Origin: Hypanus sabinus
Lineage: Eukaryota
Reading direction: 5' to 3'
Assembly (NCBI RefSeq): GCF_030144855.1
Contig: NC_082708.1
Span: forward strand, 135,532,001-135,596,000
DNA: 64,000 bases
Shown: positions 1 through 13,486 of the stretch, piece after piece
Numbering within the stretch: position 1 is the stretch's first letter
How the letters are laid out: each line of letters begins with the position of its first letter
Made by a program: the position numbers and the translations under genes
The notes under the pieces: generated by a model
Seen by the model: only the letters and a program-made list of their open reading frames with translations
The model's database searches: none
Told to the model about the DNA's origin: nothing

Positions 1-611
1 ATTTTTCTACTGAATAGCAACAAAATTATTGTAGATTTTAACAGAAGGACTTGGGAGTCTGAAATTGATCAAGTATAAAACTGAATAAAAGCTGATATAT
101 TTCAAAGCATAGGACAACTGCTACCAACCTCTGACTTTCTTCACATGAGGATTAGAAAGCCAATATTATTGTCAAAATAATGATGAAACCACTGGTCCTA
201 TTCAATATTTACTCCTTTGGCAGCTTCTGAGTATGGCAGTCAAGCAATTAAGAAAAAATATCAATAAGTTGTCATCTTTCTGCAAATACCTTTACAAGAA
301 TTGAGTTTACTCTCTGTCTCATCATTGAAATTCACTGAATGTTTTGAAATTATATAGTTACACGGTGGATATGATGATAAGTAATAACAAACCTAATTAT
401 CCTTCAGTGGTAACCATAGGGTACTGGGACCCAGTGAATAATACCAGTGCATGGAATGGTGTCATGTATTGTACAGTGGGGTAATTAATGGTCAGAAAAA
501 GGATGGATAATCAAATAGCTTGTACATGTTGGATCACCTTAAGAACAATTGAGATTCTATGTTTATTAAGATTATTTGAAAGGCAGTATTATGATAAGGT
601 CACTTTTCTTG

Positions 612-1118
612 GCACCAGAAATGACATTCAGTTTCTCAGGTTCAAGAACAGATACTTCCCTTCAATCATTCAGTTCTTGAACCAACTGGAACAACCATTA
701 TCACCAGGATTTAGCAACTCTATGACCACTTTCATACAAAATGCTGCAGGAACTCAAAAGGTCCCCATTTAAAATAAGCGGTCAATGCTTTGGGCCAAGA
801 TGCCTCATCAAGGCCTGCATCCTAACTTGCAGAGTTCCATTGATGTTACATGACATTCAGCATTCCTCCCGCTATTTTGTGTGTTGCTCTGAATTTTCAG
901 CATTTCCAGAATCTCTTCCGTTTATAATTATGACTGATTACTTTGCACTAAAATTGACTTTTTTTATTTTGTTCTTTATTGTAAAATTTGTGTTTATTTT
1001 CCTTGTGAATACTGTTTATAAAACATTGTGTGCCTGTGATGCTGCAAGTTTTTCATTGCACCTGCGCACATGTGTGCGTGTGCATATGATAATCAACTTG
1101 ATTTTGACTTTGTTTTGA
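612..1118 (+). mobile_element. 3' fragment of a Rex1/Babar-like LINE, interrupted by a Penelope-derived palindromic mini-element (about 733-925)
   Basis: 'aggttcaagaacagatacttccc' ORF-end motif also seen at 30331 and 60940; AT-rich 3' UTR ending in short tandem 'ttgatt/ttgact' units. Clade assignment by recognition only. Confidence 0.55.
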
Positions 1119-2484
1119 CTATGAACATATGAATTTCTGAAAATTTGACTAGTGTGCATTTCCTCTTTATCCAAACTCTGCCATTTTACCATCACTTAAT
1201 GAAATATTTTTCCCTCTCTTTCTCTCATATTCTGTACTTCATTTGACATTAACTGTGCCTTATTTTTAATTTCTCTGTTGTTGTTCTGATGATTACTTTA
1301 GAAATTTTGGATTTCTTTCTTTATGAAAATACCTGACTGGCTACGTTCTTCACACTTCTGCCTCAATCACAATTTCTCACACTGCATAATTCTCTGGACA
1401 TAGTTCCGGTAATTTACCGGCAAAATATTTGTGTATGTAGAACAGAGCTATATCAAATAAATGTTCTGTGCCACTTGATGCTCTGTTAAAGCAGAGAATG
1501 ATAATTCAAGGAATTGTTGGTATCATAACTGTTAACATTAGTTTGCTAATAATGCAAAAGTTCCACCTTGTGTTTGATTTTAGATTTGGCAAAAGGTGGA
1601 AATCCCTTTCTTCAAACAATCTTATAGAAGAGTCAGCTGCCAGCCATACTAAGTGTGGTCATTCCTAGTACAATAATTGCTTAGGAAGTGCACTTACATT
1701 GAAAGTGTTGGCTGTCATAACCATTATTCTGTTAAATCAAGATTAACTTCTGACTTGGACCCAAGTGCAGTTGGAATCGAAGGAATGATTTCAGTAACTA
1801 TCATTGAATAAGATGAGATGTTACTTTTGTTGAACATTGTGATGTTTGTGATGCATTGAATCTTGTGGATAAATGCCAACAACTGTGTAGTAAATTTTCA
1901 CTACCTTCCAACATCATTGCGAGGAAGCTTGCAATCTTAGCTTATGTGCAAACAAATATAAAAGGCAATTAAAATCCTGCAATGAAAACAGAAAATGCTT
2001 TGTTGCACACATTGGTGAGAGAGAAAGAGCTCAGTGATTTTGTTTTTCTCACTCCATAAATATTGCCTGACCTGTTGAGTGTTCCCAATATTTTCTGTTC
2101 TGATTCCAATGATGGAAATCTTAGAACTGCCAATACAGTCCAGACAACAAATTTGTCAGTTTGCACTACAACAGGACTTCACGGAGTCTGGGAAGTCTGC
2201 TGGCAAATCTTGCATCGGAAAGAAACTTCTGCAGGGTACTGCAGGTCCTTTCATTCCAATAGAGAATTTGCAGCGGATCAATGGGAAGATAGTTATATTG
2301 TTTATAATTAATGGTTGATCTAATAATTTTTGAAAATTAAAATATGCTGCTATTGTTAGGTAATTTAAAATAATAGTTTTATTTTAAATTAGTTATTTCA
2401 TTTTAATTATTTTTGATTAACTGTAAAATAATTCCAAAATTTTGATATCTTTGATGGACTACGATTTGGCTGGATACAATAAGG

Positions 2485-2640
2485 TCTTTTAAGAGCCTCA
2501 TAGATAGGTACACGGAGCTTAGAAAAATAAAGGGCTATGCACTGGGGAAATTCTAGGCACTCTCTAGAATAGGCTACATGGTCGGCACAACATTGTGGGC
2601 TGAAAGGCCTGTAATGTGCTGTAGATTTCTAAGTTATATG
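2485..2640 (+). mobile_element. CR1 LINE 3' end fragment
   Basis: 'gtcggcacaacattgtgggctgaaaggcctgtaatgtgctgtag' is the reverse complement of the CR1 tail at 27135-27180. Confidence 0.7.
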
Positions 2641-4149
2641 TATAACTTTCATATTCATTTAAGTTTTCCCAGTAGCTGTATGAATTGGTCTTGTTCTGAT
2701 GCCTTGGCATGATGAGACTCCATTCACAATGCCTTGCTCAATTGGTTCAAGACATGAAGGGCCAATAAGTTTCTGATTCTCAAGTGAAAACATTTGTTTT
2801 AACAGCAAAGAGGAATTTGAGCAGTAAGAGCAGGCAACGTGTAGTGAAAATAGTGCTGGATAACCACCCAGCTTCTCAAAAACAAATGTAAGTTTACAAA
2901 TGGAGACCCAAGAGATGGGAAATACTGCAACCTGGGCAAAAAAAAACCTACTGGAGGAACACAATACATTGGGCGGCATCTGTGGAGATGGAGGAACAGT
3001 TGATGTTTCAGGTTAATCCACAGCGTTTCTCTGATAGTTTATTTTTTACTTCATAAATGGAGAATACATTCTCTTGGAATAAGATTTGTAACCATTTTCT
3101 CTTTTTAAATTTTGCTTGATTAAGTTAGAATATTTCAGCTCTACCTTAATCAGACAGATATCTTTTTAGCTTCTGTAAAATGATCTGAATGTCAAGCTAA
3201 ACAACTGCTTTTTTATCCTCTCAAATTTCTCTGTAAGAATTTTTAACCTAACTGAAGATAATTTAATTCCATTTTTGTCAATGCATGCCTCAGATCTCTT
3301 ATTATTGATACTTAATTGTCAATCACCATATAAAAAGCATAAACCTATGTCACAAAATTTACTTAATCAATATAAGTGGATTCCTTCAAGATCAATGGGA
3401 AGGTCAGTCCATTTGTAGCTGACTTGAGAATCTGTATCATTATACTTTTTCTTGAAGCCTCACTTTCAATAGTATTCTCATTCCTGAATAGGTTTGTGAG
3501 CATAATATTTAAACTAAACACTGTGATATATTCATGAGTAGCCAGTTTAAATTTGCAAAAGTACATCTTTCTCCTTTCCTTGTGACTGTCTATAATAGTA
3601 GAAAAGCAAAATAAAAAGGACCCTGAGATGTCTCCTCAAGACGTGTCCATTGTGTATTGCTGTTAAGAATAAAAGAGAATAGAACTCATAGCCAAGCATA
3701 CTTTATTGATGGCTGCCAATTTCCAACTAACAGGAATGCCTATAAAATGTTGCTTCTGGTCAAGATGGTGCCAGCATACAATGCTCCCTCGGTCAACTTC
3801 TTCTGGATAGCTCATGAAAAATTTTTTTTTTTCACTTCTTTTACATATTTTTTTCCACTTTAAATGTGTTTCTGGGACTGTTAGAGCCTGCGATTTACAG
3901 CTCGGAGAACTTTGAGTGATCCAACGCTTTGCTGTCTCGGAGATAATTCCAGGAAACAAGTGTGTACTCAGATAGCATTGATGCAAAAAGTGTTCAAGCC
4001 AATAATTGACTCAATTTTACTGGGTAAAGCATCTATTAATCATCAAGTAAACATTGAGGAAGATTAACACATTGAGGCGAATGTGGAAGGTGAGTGAGAG
4101 TTCAGCACCAACTGCCTTCCTTTTGATCACTGCCGGAGAAAGAATCAGT

Positions 4150-4668
4150 GAGTGGCTTATCATTGTGTTGTTCAATGTGGCAGGTGGATAGGCCTCTGTG
4201 TTGCCTGGTGTCCATCTCTTTCGATGATTGTTGGTGATATCATAGGATGGTATTGCAGTTCTACTTTTAGGGATTGGACTATTGCATTTATGGATTGTGG
4301 ACTTTCGGTTTCTATATTCTGTGTTTCTATTTTGCCGTTCCCTTTCTGTTTTGTTGTGTGAGGGGAGGGTGTTTGAGGGTTGATGTTCTCTAGTGCTTTG
4401 TTAGTTTTTTTGTGTGGGAAGGGATTGTTTTTTGGGGGCCGATGTTCCTGTTCCAAGTTGTGCTGGGACAGGGGAACTTTGCAGTTGATAAACATTCTTT
4501 TTAGGATGCCATTCATTTTTGTGTGGGGAAGGTGGGTTTGAAGTCTCTCTTTGAACAACTTTCATGTACTTTCTTTGTTTTGCAGCTATCTGGAGAAGAC
4601 ACATTTCAGATTTCTATATGTATACGTCCTTTCATAATAAATGAACCTTTGAGCCTTTGAACCTTTGA
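4150..4668 (+). mobile_element. 3' part of a non-autonomous LINE-related element (related to 11320-11620 and 48438-49485)
   Basis: GT-rich body, AATAAA-like signal and 'aacctttga' tandem tail; same layout as the other two copies. Confidence 0.5.
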
Positions 4669-4773
4669 AATTCATTCCACATGCACCAGTCATATCAAAC
4701 TCAACTTCCTCCTAAAATAGCAATAAACCCATAACAGTAATAACAAACTCCATGTTTTATTATTCTACAAATT

Positions 4774-5077
4774 GAATGGTGGCATCCGTCAGTCTCGAGA
4801 GACCATGGATCTGCGCCTGGAGCTTCCAGGGCGCAAGCTTGGGCAGGGTTGTATGGGAGACCGGCAGTTGCCCAAGCTGCAGGCCTTCCCCTCTCCACGC
4901 CACCGATGTTGTCCAAGGAAAGGGCACTAGGACCCATGCAGCTTGGCCCCACAGAGCAATGTGTTGTTAAGTGCCTTGCTCAAGGACACAAACACACTGC
5001 CTCAGCTGAGGCTCAAACCAGTGACCTTCAGGTTACTAGTCTGATGCCTTATCCACTAGGCCACGCACCAACAGATA
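4774..5077 (-). mobile_element. tRNA-derived SINE with CORE-like central domain, full length
   Basis: Minus strand has A box TGGCCTAGTGG and B box GGTTTGAGCC, then CORE-like 'gtgtccttgagcaaggcacttaac'. Perfect 12-bp TSD attctacaaatt at 4762-4773 and 5078-5089. Confidence 0.85.
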
Positions 5078-5369
5078 ATTCTACAAATTACAGTTTATAT
5101 ATATTGTGATTCTTTCAGATATATTTGCTCACCATCTTATCTACACCAAATTTGTAACTTATGAAAATTCCCTGAAAACATTGGATTAAAGTTTTCCAAG
5201 AAATATTTACAATATCTTTTCAATCTACCTTGTCAAAGATTGTGGTATTAATAGACTCATGAGATTTTGTATTCCTCCAATACTACCTCCAACAGTTGAA
5301 GGGTCTATACTGGTCCTGGTCCTAATCGGAGGGAATGAAGCTCAGCAAGTAGTTGAAGGTCCATTGCCT

Positions 5370-5920
5370 AGCGTTTTTGTAACTGTGCTTTTAACTCTGG
5401 AAAGATTTTAAATCTTAGTTCATCACAAGCAAAATAATAGATGGCTGGAGCACAACAAATTTGGTAACTTTATTCAAAAATGAATGCAGAGATATGCTAT
5501 ATAATTACAGATCAGTGTGCCTAACAGCAATAGAAGACAAGCTATTAGAAAAATTCTGAAGGACAAAGGGATGAGCAGTTAAGGTCACTGTGATTTTATT
5601 GGTGGAATATCCTCTATGATGAATTTGGTTATGATATTTTAACGAAGGCAGTGTGGTTGATGAAGTCTACATGGACTTCAGTAAGGTCTTTGACAAGGCA
5701 TTACGTATCCAAGGCAAATTAGCAAATTGAATCTAAAGTTGTCTTCCTGAAAGAAGACAGATGTAAGATGGTTGCTTTGAGACCGTAATACCCTGACCAG
5801 TGGTATACCACAGGGATCGCTGTTGGAATTTTTACTGTTTGTTGTACGCATAATGACTTGCATAAGAAATGGATGAGCTATCATTGGGAAGTTAGCAAAT
5901 TATATCAAAGTTGGTGTGAC
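5370..5920 (+). mobile_element. Highly decayed CR1 ORF2 (RT) fragment
   Basis: Degenerate 'NYRSVCLT', 'VYMDFSKVFDK' and 'SGIPQGS' motifs broken by stops and frameshifts. Confidence 0.65.
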
Positions 5921-6134
5921 AGATGCTATTGTCTGGTTTATTATTTGCCAGCATCATATGTCTTAAATCCACCTTATATCTGTGGGAAAACTTCAGTAGA
6001 TTGATCTCAAACCATGATGTACAATCTTTGGAGCTCATATAATTAGTATGTATAATCATTTTCTCAGTGTAGTCACAATATCAAATGATATCATTGAGAG
6101 TAAATAGTCAGTAAGCAATTGGGAAACTTTTGCC

Positions 6135-6362
6135 ATAGAGCCATTGAGTAATACAGCACTGCGACACAGAAACAGGTACTTCAGACTATCTAATCTACAA
6201 CAACTATTATTCTTCCTAGTCCCACTGACCTGCACTTGGAAGCTGAAATGCCCTTCCCATCCATGTACCTAACAAAACTTTGCTTAAATGTTGTAATTGA
6301 ACCCACATCCACCACTTTTGCTGGCACCTTGTTCCACACATGCAGCACTCTGAGTGAAGAAG
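6135..6362 (-). mobile_element. CR1 3' end fragment
   Basis: Reverse complement resembles the CR1 3' UTR and tail; similar to the tails at 27127 and 30665. Confidence 0.6.
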
Positions 6363-6631
6363 TACCCCCCCCCCACCCCCAGGTTCAACTTATATACTGC
6401 AACATGAGGCATTTAACACTTACAGGCAGTTCTACTATGTAATGGTCATGTATCTCATTGTCTTCCTGCATTGCACTTTCTTTGTAACAACAACACTATA
6501 TTTTTCATTTTGCTATTGCCTTCCCCTTATACTACCTCAGTGTACTGATGTGAAATGATCTGTATGGATACCATGCAGAATAGTTTTTCACCTTACCTCA
6601 GCGCAGCAAACGGCACAATAACAAAGCAATT

Positions 6632-9055
6632 ATGGCGGTTGAACTGAAGAAGTATTTTGTATCAGTCTTCACTGTGGAAGAAACGAGCAGTATGGTGGAA
6701 GGCCCAGAGAGCAGGGGTCAGAAGTGTGCAAAGTTGCCATAAATAACAAGAAAGCTCTTGAGAAACTGAAAGGTTTGGTGGTAGATAAATCACCTGGACC
6801 AGATGATGTACACCCTAGGATTCTGAAAGAGATGGTTGAAGAGATTGTGGGGGCATTGATAATGATCTTTCAAGAATCTAAATGCAGGTCAATGGGACTA
6901 GGCAGAATAATGGTTGTTGTAGATTAGATAGTCTGAAGTGTCTGCTTCTGTGTTGTAGTGCTGTATTATCCAACGGTTCTATGGCAAAGGTTTCCCAGTT
7001 TCTTACCGATTACTTACTCTCAATGATATCATTTGATATTGTGGCGACACTCTGCGAAAATGATAATACATGATAATTATGAGTGCCAAAGATAAGCAAT
7101 GGCTTATAGTTCTGGAGACGTTCTGGACGACTGGAAAATGGCAACTGGTACTCCATTCTTCAAGTAGGGAGAGAAGCAGAAGAAAGGAAATTATAGGCCA
7201 GTTAGTCTGATCTGAGTGGTTGGGAAGATGTTAGAGTTGATTGTAATGGATGTCGTTTTCGGGTACTCGGAGGCACACGATGTAATAGGTCGTTGTCAGT
7301 ATGGTTTCCTTAAGGGAAAATCTTGCCTAGCAAATCTGTTGAAATTCTTTGAAGAAATAAGCATGATAGATTTTCAGAAGACCTTTGACAAGGTTCCACA
7401 CATGAGGCTGATTAACAAGTTAAGTGTTGCACAGGGGCACTGGGAGCAGACCCAAATGCAAGACACAGACAGTGAAGTAGTATGAACAGGACTATGTTTA
7501 TTAAGAATACTAGGGAAGCCAAGGAGCGAAGACAAAATATCAACCAGGACGTGAATGTAGAACAACAAATTGGAAAACCTTGACTAGGACTTACACTTGA
7601 CTGAGAACTCAGGTCTTGGCAGGAACGAAGTACCTGGGTTTTGACTTGGCTCTTGACTTAGAACTTGGGCTTGATTTGACCAGGACACAGGGCACAAATG
7701 CAACCTAGAATCCACAATACTCAGCAGCTCCAATAATGGTCCAGACTTACCACACTGGCTGAGGTTACGTGTTTCTGGTAACAAGCTTCCTGGTGTGGGT
7801 TTCTGACAGGGACAGTCCAACAAAGGAATAGCTGGACCCCTGAGCTACTTATGTTGCAAGTCCGAAATGAGGATCAGCTGCCTCAATAAAGGCACCTAAC
7901 GGAACAAGGGAAAACAGAAACAACTGGAATACAGAATCCATGGACTGGACCATGACAGTAAGAGCCCATGGTATTACAGGGAAGATACTAACATGGATAA
8001 AGCAATGGATGATTGGCAGGAGGTAAAGACTGGGAATAAAGGGAGCCTTTTCTGGTTGTCTGCCGGTGACTAGTGGTTATCCCCAGGGTTTTGTATTGAG
8101 ACCACTTCTTTTTATGTTGTATGCCAATAATTTGGATGATGGAATTGATAGCTTTGGTGCAATGTTTGTGGATGATACAAAGATAGGTGTAGAGGCAGGT
8201 AGCTTTGAAGAAGTAGAGAGACTACAGGAAGACTTCACAGGTTAGGAGAATGGGCAAAGAAGTGACAGATGGAATACAGTGTTGGGAAGATTATGGCCGT
8301 GCATTTTGGTAGAAGAAATGAAAGGATAGACTATTTTCCATATGGAGAGAAGATTCCAAAATTTGAGGTGCAAAAGGACTTAGGAACCTGTGTGCAGTAT
8401 TCCCTCAAGGTTAATTTGCAGGTTGAGTCTGTGGAGAGGAAAGCTAATGCAATGTTAGCATCATTGCAAGAGCAGGGATATAACGTTGAGGCTTTATAAA
8501 GAACAGGTGAGGCCTCACTTCAGGTATTGTGAGAATTTTTGGTCTCCTTATTTTAGAAAGGATGTGCTGAAACTAGAGAGGGTTCAAAGGAGGTTCACAA
8601 AAATGATTCCAGGATTGAACGGCTTGTCATATGAAGAGCGTTTGGCTCTGGGCCTGTATTCACCAGAATTCTGAAGAATGAGGGGTGACTTAATTGAAAC
8701 CTATCAAATGGTGAAAGGTCTTGATAAAGTGGATAGTTCCTTTGGTGGGAGAGTCTGGAACCAGAGGATACAGCTTCAGAATATAGAGTTGTCCTTTTGA
8801 AAAGGAGATGAGGAAGAATTTCTTAGCAGGAGTGGTGAACTTGTGGAACTAATTGCCACAGGCATCTGTGCAGGTCAAGCCTTTATAACTATTTCAGGCA
8901 GAAGTTGATAGATTCTTTATTCATCAAGGCATGAAGGGATATGGGAAGAAGACAAGAGATTGGAGCTGAGAGGAAAAATGTTCTGCCATGATGAAATGGC
9001 AGAGCAGACTCGATGGGTCAAAAGGCCTTTTTCTGCTCCTATATCTTATGGTCTT
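6632..9055 (+). mobile_element. CR1 LINE, 5'-truncated ORF2 pseudogene, interrupted by an inverted templated insert (6877-7093) and a solo LTR (7425-7957)
   Basis: ORF-track pieces 'KSPGPDDVHPRILKE', 'YGFLKGKSCLANLLKFFEE', 'DFQKTFDKVPH', 'LERVQRRFTKMIPG'; ends in a 'tcttatggtctt' tail. Confidence 0.9.
7425..7957 (-). mobile_element. Solo LTR (533 bp)
   Basis: TG...CA termini (tgttgc...atgaca); 5-bp TSD ttaag (7420-7424) / gtaag (7958-7962). The CR1 reading (LINKL|RAHG) resumes across it. AATAAA lies on the minus strand; internal 'gactt' tandem units. Confidence 0.85.
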
Positions 9056-9219
9056 CTCAATGAGCCCTTATTTCCTACTATTTTGAGTTCCCAATACTCT
9101 TTTATTCTTTTACTCTTATCCCATTTACTCTTTATGTTATCAGGAGTTAAAAAATGTTTATTTTTTTTTACAAGCAAGCACTTTTGGAGTAAAATTCATT
9201 CAGACCCAAGAAAGAGTTA

Positions 9220-10558
9220 GTTATCAAAGATGTGATAACAGCACATTTGGAAAGAGGTGAAATCATCGGACAAAGTCAGCATGGATTTGTGAAAGGAAAA
9301 TCATGTCTGACGAAACATAGAATTTTTTGAAGGTGTTACTAGTAGAGTGGATAGGGGAGAGCCAATGGATGTGGTATATTTAGATTTTCAAAAGGCTTTT
9401 GACAATGTCCCACACAGGAGATTAGTGTGCAAACTTAAAGCATACGGTATTGGGGGTATGGTATTGATGTGGATAGAGAATTGGTTGACAGACAGGATGC
9501 AAAGAGTGGGGGTAAATGGGACCTTTTCAGAATGGCAGGCAATGACTAGTGGGGTACCGCAAGGCTCAGTGCTGGGACCCCAGTTGTTTACAGTATATAT
9601 TAATGATTTAGACGAGGGAATTAAATGCAGCATCTCCAAGACACAAAGCTGGGTGACGGTGTTAGCTGTGAGGAGGACGCTAAGAGGATGCAGGGTAACT
9701 TGGATAGGTTAGGTGAGTGGGCAAATTCATGGCAAATGCAATTTAATGTGGATAAATGTGAGGTTATCCACTTTGGTTGCAAGAACAGGAAAATGGATTA
9801 TTATCTGAACAGTGACCAATTAGGAAAAGGGGAGATGCAATGAGACCTGGGTATTATTGTACACCAGTCGTTGAAGGTGGGCATGCAGGTACAGCAGCCG
9901 GTGAAAAAGGCAAATAGTATGTTGGTATCCATAGCAAAAGGATTTGAGTACAGGAGCAGGGAGGTTCTACTGCAGTTGTACAAGGCCTTGGTGAGACTGC
10001 ACCTAGAGTATTGTGTGCAGTTTTGGTCCCCTAATCTAAGGAAAGACATTCTTACCATAGAGGGAGTACAGAGAAGGTTCACCAGATTGATTCCTGGGAT
10101 GGTAGGACTTTCATATGAAGAAAGACTGGATCGACTAGGCTTATACTCACTGGAATTTAGAAGATTGAGGAGGGATCTTATTGAAACGTATAAAATTCTA
10201 AAGGGATTGGACAGGCTAGATGCAGGAAGATTGTTTCCGATTTTGGGGAAGTCCAGAATGAGGGGTCACAGTTTAAGGATAAAGGGAAAGCCTTTTAGGA
10301 CAGAAATGAGGAAAAACTTCTTCACAGAGAGCGGTGAATCTGTGGAATTCTCTGCCACAGGAAACAGTTGAGGCCAGCTCATTGACTATATTTAAGAGGA
10401 AGTTAGATAAGGCCCTTGTGGCTAATGGGATCGGGGGGTATGGAGAGAAAGCAGGTACAGGGTTCTGAGTTGGATGATCAGCCATAATCATACTGAATGG
10501 CGGTGCAGGCTCAAAGGGCTGAATGGCCTACTCCTGCACCTATTTTCTATGTTTCTAT
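9220..10558 (+). mobile_element. CR1 LINE, 5'-truncated, relatively well preserved RT C-terminal region
   Basis: ORFs 9347-9712, 9625-9843 and 9871-10371 carry 'VVYLDFQKAFD', '[11 protein letters not shown]', 'LVRLHLEYCVQFWSP'; 3' tail 'ttttctatgtttctat'. Confidence 0.95.
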
Positions 10559-10849
10559 AAAGAACATCATCATTAAAACGTATTTAAATACATCCACTAG
10601 TTCTGATGCAATAGAACCTGCTCATTCATGTGATTACGGCTCTATCCAGAGTTAACTACATTGTTAAGTTACTGCACACCTGAGCTATTTTTGTGTGGCT
10701 TGTTATAGGAGCAGCTCGCCAAGCAAAGATGACATAGTGGCACTAAATGTGATTAGTGAAACTTCTGTCTAACTATTTGGAATGTTAATTCTGTGTTGTG
10801 TTTTAGTTTGCATGATAGCTTGGAGGTTAAGTTGTTGGAGTAGCATCCA

Positions 10850-11022
10850 GAGCACTGGGACATTGGTCCACAGTCACATACATGCTCATATCCCAGTCTG
10901 GTGTTGGAGATTTTAAATTCAAGTAATTATATAAATTTAGGATTCAATCTAGTCTCAGTAATCGTAACCACAATTGTTGTGAATCCATCTGACTCATTGA
11001 TATCTTTCAGAGGCCCTGCCAT
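10850..11022 (+). mobile_element. Old SINE remnant
   Basis: 'ctagtctcagtaatcgtaaccac...ccatctgactcattgatatctttcag' resembles an ancient chondrichthyan SINE body; recognition only. Confidence 0.4.
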
Positions 11023-11025
11023 CCT

Positions 11026-11287
11026 TTCTGCATAATTGCTCAAAGAGTTGAACCGCATGTGCCTGTAACGAGAGCTGTGTAACATATTTCCTTCTACCTT
11101 AGGCCACAAACTTATCTATCACTCCTGCTGTGGACACTTTCTGGAGATCCAAGATCCGTATGCTCCATGACCGCTGGACTAAGAGTATAAGTGTAGGAGG
11201 GGACTATGTTGAAAAATAAATGTGCTAGGTTTTCTAAAATTGGCTCCTTCTACAATAGGCCATGAACTTATCAATCACCCTATCGTA
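11026..11287. mobile_element. Right half of a mariner-type MITE (same family as 59398-59824)
   Basis: Two copies of the TIR block 'ccttctaccttaggccacaaacttatc(a)atcac'; ends 'tcaccctatcg' followed by TA. Confidence 0.8.
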
Positions 11288-11319
11288 CGGTAGACCAGCA
11301 AGAATACCAACACTAATTG

Positions 11320-11620
11320 GCCAGGTTCAGTAGTTTTTGATTTAACTGTAGACCATGGTCTCTCTTTGGGGGCTTTTTGGTTGCTTGCTTGATGGGTGTT
11401 AGGAATGCTGATGCTTTACGTTAGAATAAGTAGGGGGAAGGGAGGGGTTGGTGCTTCTTGCTGCTGCCTGTGCGTGGGAGGGAGGAGGGACTTTGAGGTT
11501 CTTGTGTTTTTTCTGTCATTCATTCTTTGTGATTTTTCTGCTGGTTCAAGGAGATAGCAAACTTCCAGTTGTATATTGCATACAGTCTGTGACATTAAAC
11601 AGAACCATTGAACCGTTGAA
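11320..11620 (+). mobile_element. 3' part of a non-autonomous LINE-related element
   Basis: Alignable by eye to 49190-49485 ('gtcattcattcttt', 'gacattaaa'); tail 'aaccattgaaccgttgaa'. Confidence 0.6.
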
Positions 11621-12834
11621 TTGGACTCCTTCAAAGTAAGGCAGACAACAGTCGTGTTTTTTCACATAGTTTGGCAATGATTCTTCTCAGTTATATATTA
11701 GGTAACAAACTGTTTTTAATGAAATGTTGCATGCAAGAGTTATATTGTTACCAGACAGTCTTTGTGGCCCAGTAGCCAGCCTTTTTTCTACATTGCTTCA
11801 CAAATCCCATGCCAACTAGCCAGCTGACAGGTTATCAGATGACATTGACTGTCATACTGCACCTTTTATACACACACAATGGAAGCTGAGCGAACGGAGG
11901 CTTCAGCTGGTTGCCTTTGATGAGCTATGGGCATCAGGCAAATGACTGGTTTAAGCCAAATGGAACATCATCAAGATTCTAACTCTTGGCTGGCAGTGTC
12001 ACTGTGTGGAAAGTGTCCTCTACACGAGTATGCACATGCACACAATGGACCAAATCTTAGTCGCCAAATCCTAGGGAGCAATTTCCAGCAGCCCCTATAA
12101 CTTATATTTAGTGTCCTGTGACAATAGTTGAATACAGTATTTTAGGAGTATATACCTGTTTGAGGTAGATGATTGCATGCTTATTAACAATTGCCGTAAG
12201 AGAACCTAGGCAGTTAATGGGGTAGCTGTATATTTGACATCTCTTTAGATTTGTCCTGGACTGGACCTTTGATCATTTCGGCTGTTGATACTCTATAAGC
12301 ATGCACTGGGCCTTCAGCTTACTGTAGGTGTACATTTCTATTCTCCTGGGAAGGTCATTGGATGGGTTTCTTTTTAAGAAACCATAAACAAGTTTCTATG
12401 ATCCAATTTCTCTCAAAATTGAACTGTAAAAAAAAGTACTGGAATTCTCAAGTCCACCCATTACCAGCTGCTGGCTTTGACTTTCAACAATGCCATTCTC
12501 CCCAGCTTCTGCATTCCACAAGCCTTCTCCACGTCTCTGGTCCTCTTGTCTGCAATTAACTACATCTCCACACCCTGGACCAGATTGAAGTCCTGGCACA
12601 GAGAATACTGGAAAACCTTGTCCCTTGAATAAGGCTGCTTCATTTGCACATAACACCTTGTGCCTAGGGCCCCGAGTCTTTGGCTGTAGACATTGGGATT
12701 GGAATTGGTGTTTTAGAACATAGAGTACAACACCAGAAAAGGTTCACAATGTTTGTGCTGATTGATCAGGATACCGAATGAAACTAATCCTATCTGCCTG
12801 CTAATGATCATAAGATGATATTGTCTAGAAGGTT

Positions 12835-13449
12835 TGTAACGCTTACACAACAGGCTGGTGTATATCTAGGGGACAATTACAGCCACCTGCCAAACCCCAC
12901 CTCCCGTATACATGTATGCTGTGGAGTACACGCTACTGCAACATTGCACACACAATATCAAGCTCACACCAGGTAGGGGTACAGAATACACTTTATAAAT
13001 CTTACTAGAACTAAGTGATTAATAACGATACAATATATATGAAGGGAAAGAGAATAAAGAAAAGGTGCTAAAACTTATCAAATTTCAGTCAATTTGTGCA
13101 CATTGTTGGAGCTCAATCATTGAACCGTTCGACCCCTCTTCGCTCTCCTCCAACCTCCACGACCACCCGAAGTGATCAACCGAGCAGTGCCGCAAGCATC
13201 CACCTTCTTCGCCGTCTTCTCCCCGACTCCCAAAAAGACCGCACCATCCCAGCTCCCAGACCCACAAGAGAAAATAACATCCAACCCAATTGGTTAATAA
13301 ATGAATACAATTCTCATTATCAGGAACTTTAACCTAAACAAGCTTTGAGAATGCTCTGCAAGAAAACACTCCCTCACCAGTTAGCATAACAAAGAAGCAG
13401 TTTTACTTTTAACAAACAAAGAAGCCATTTTGATTACATACCTAGTACA
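12835..13449 (-). repeat. 3' LTR of element A (615 bp)
   Basis: First 197 bp align to 19289-19485 with about 22 substitutions (hand count), many at CpG; abuts the PPT. Confidence 0.92.
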
Positions 13450-13486
13450 TTCTCCCCCCATCAACAAAAGTCATGCCCTCATGACA

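Noticed and set aside
2361-2391. 13-bp AT-only hairpin
   Set aside because: Low complexity; expected by chance in AT-rich DNA.
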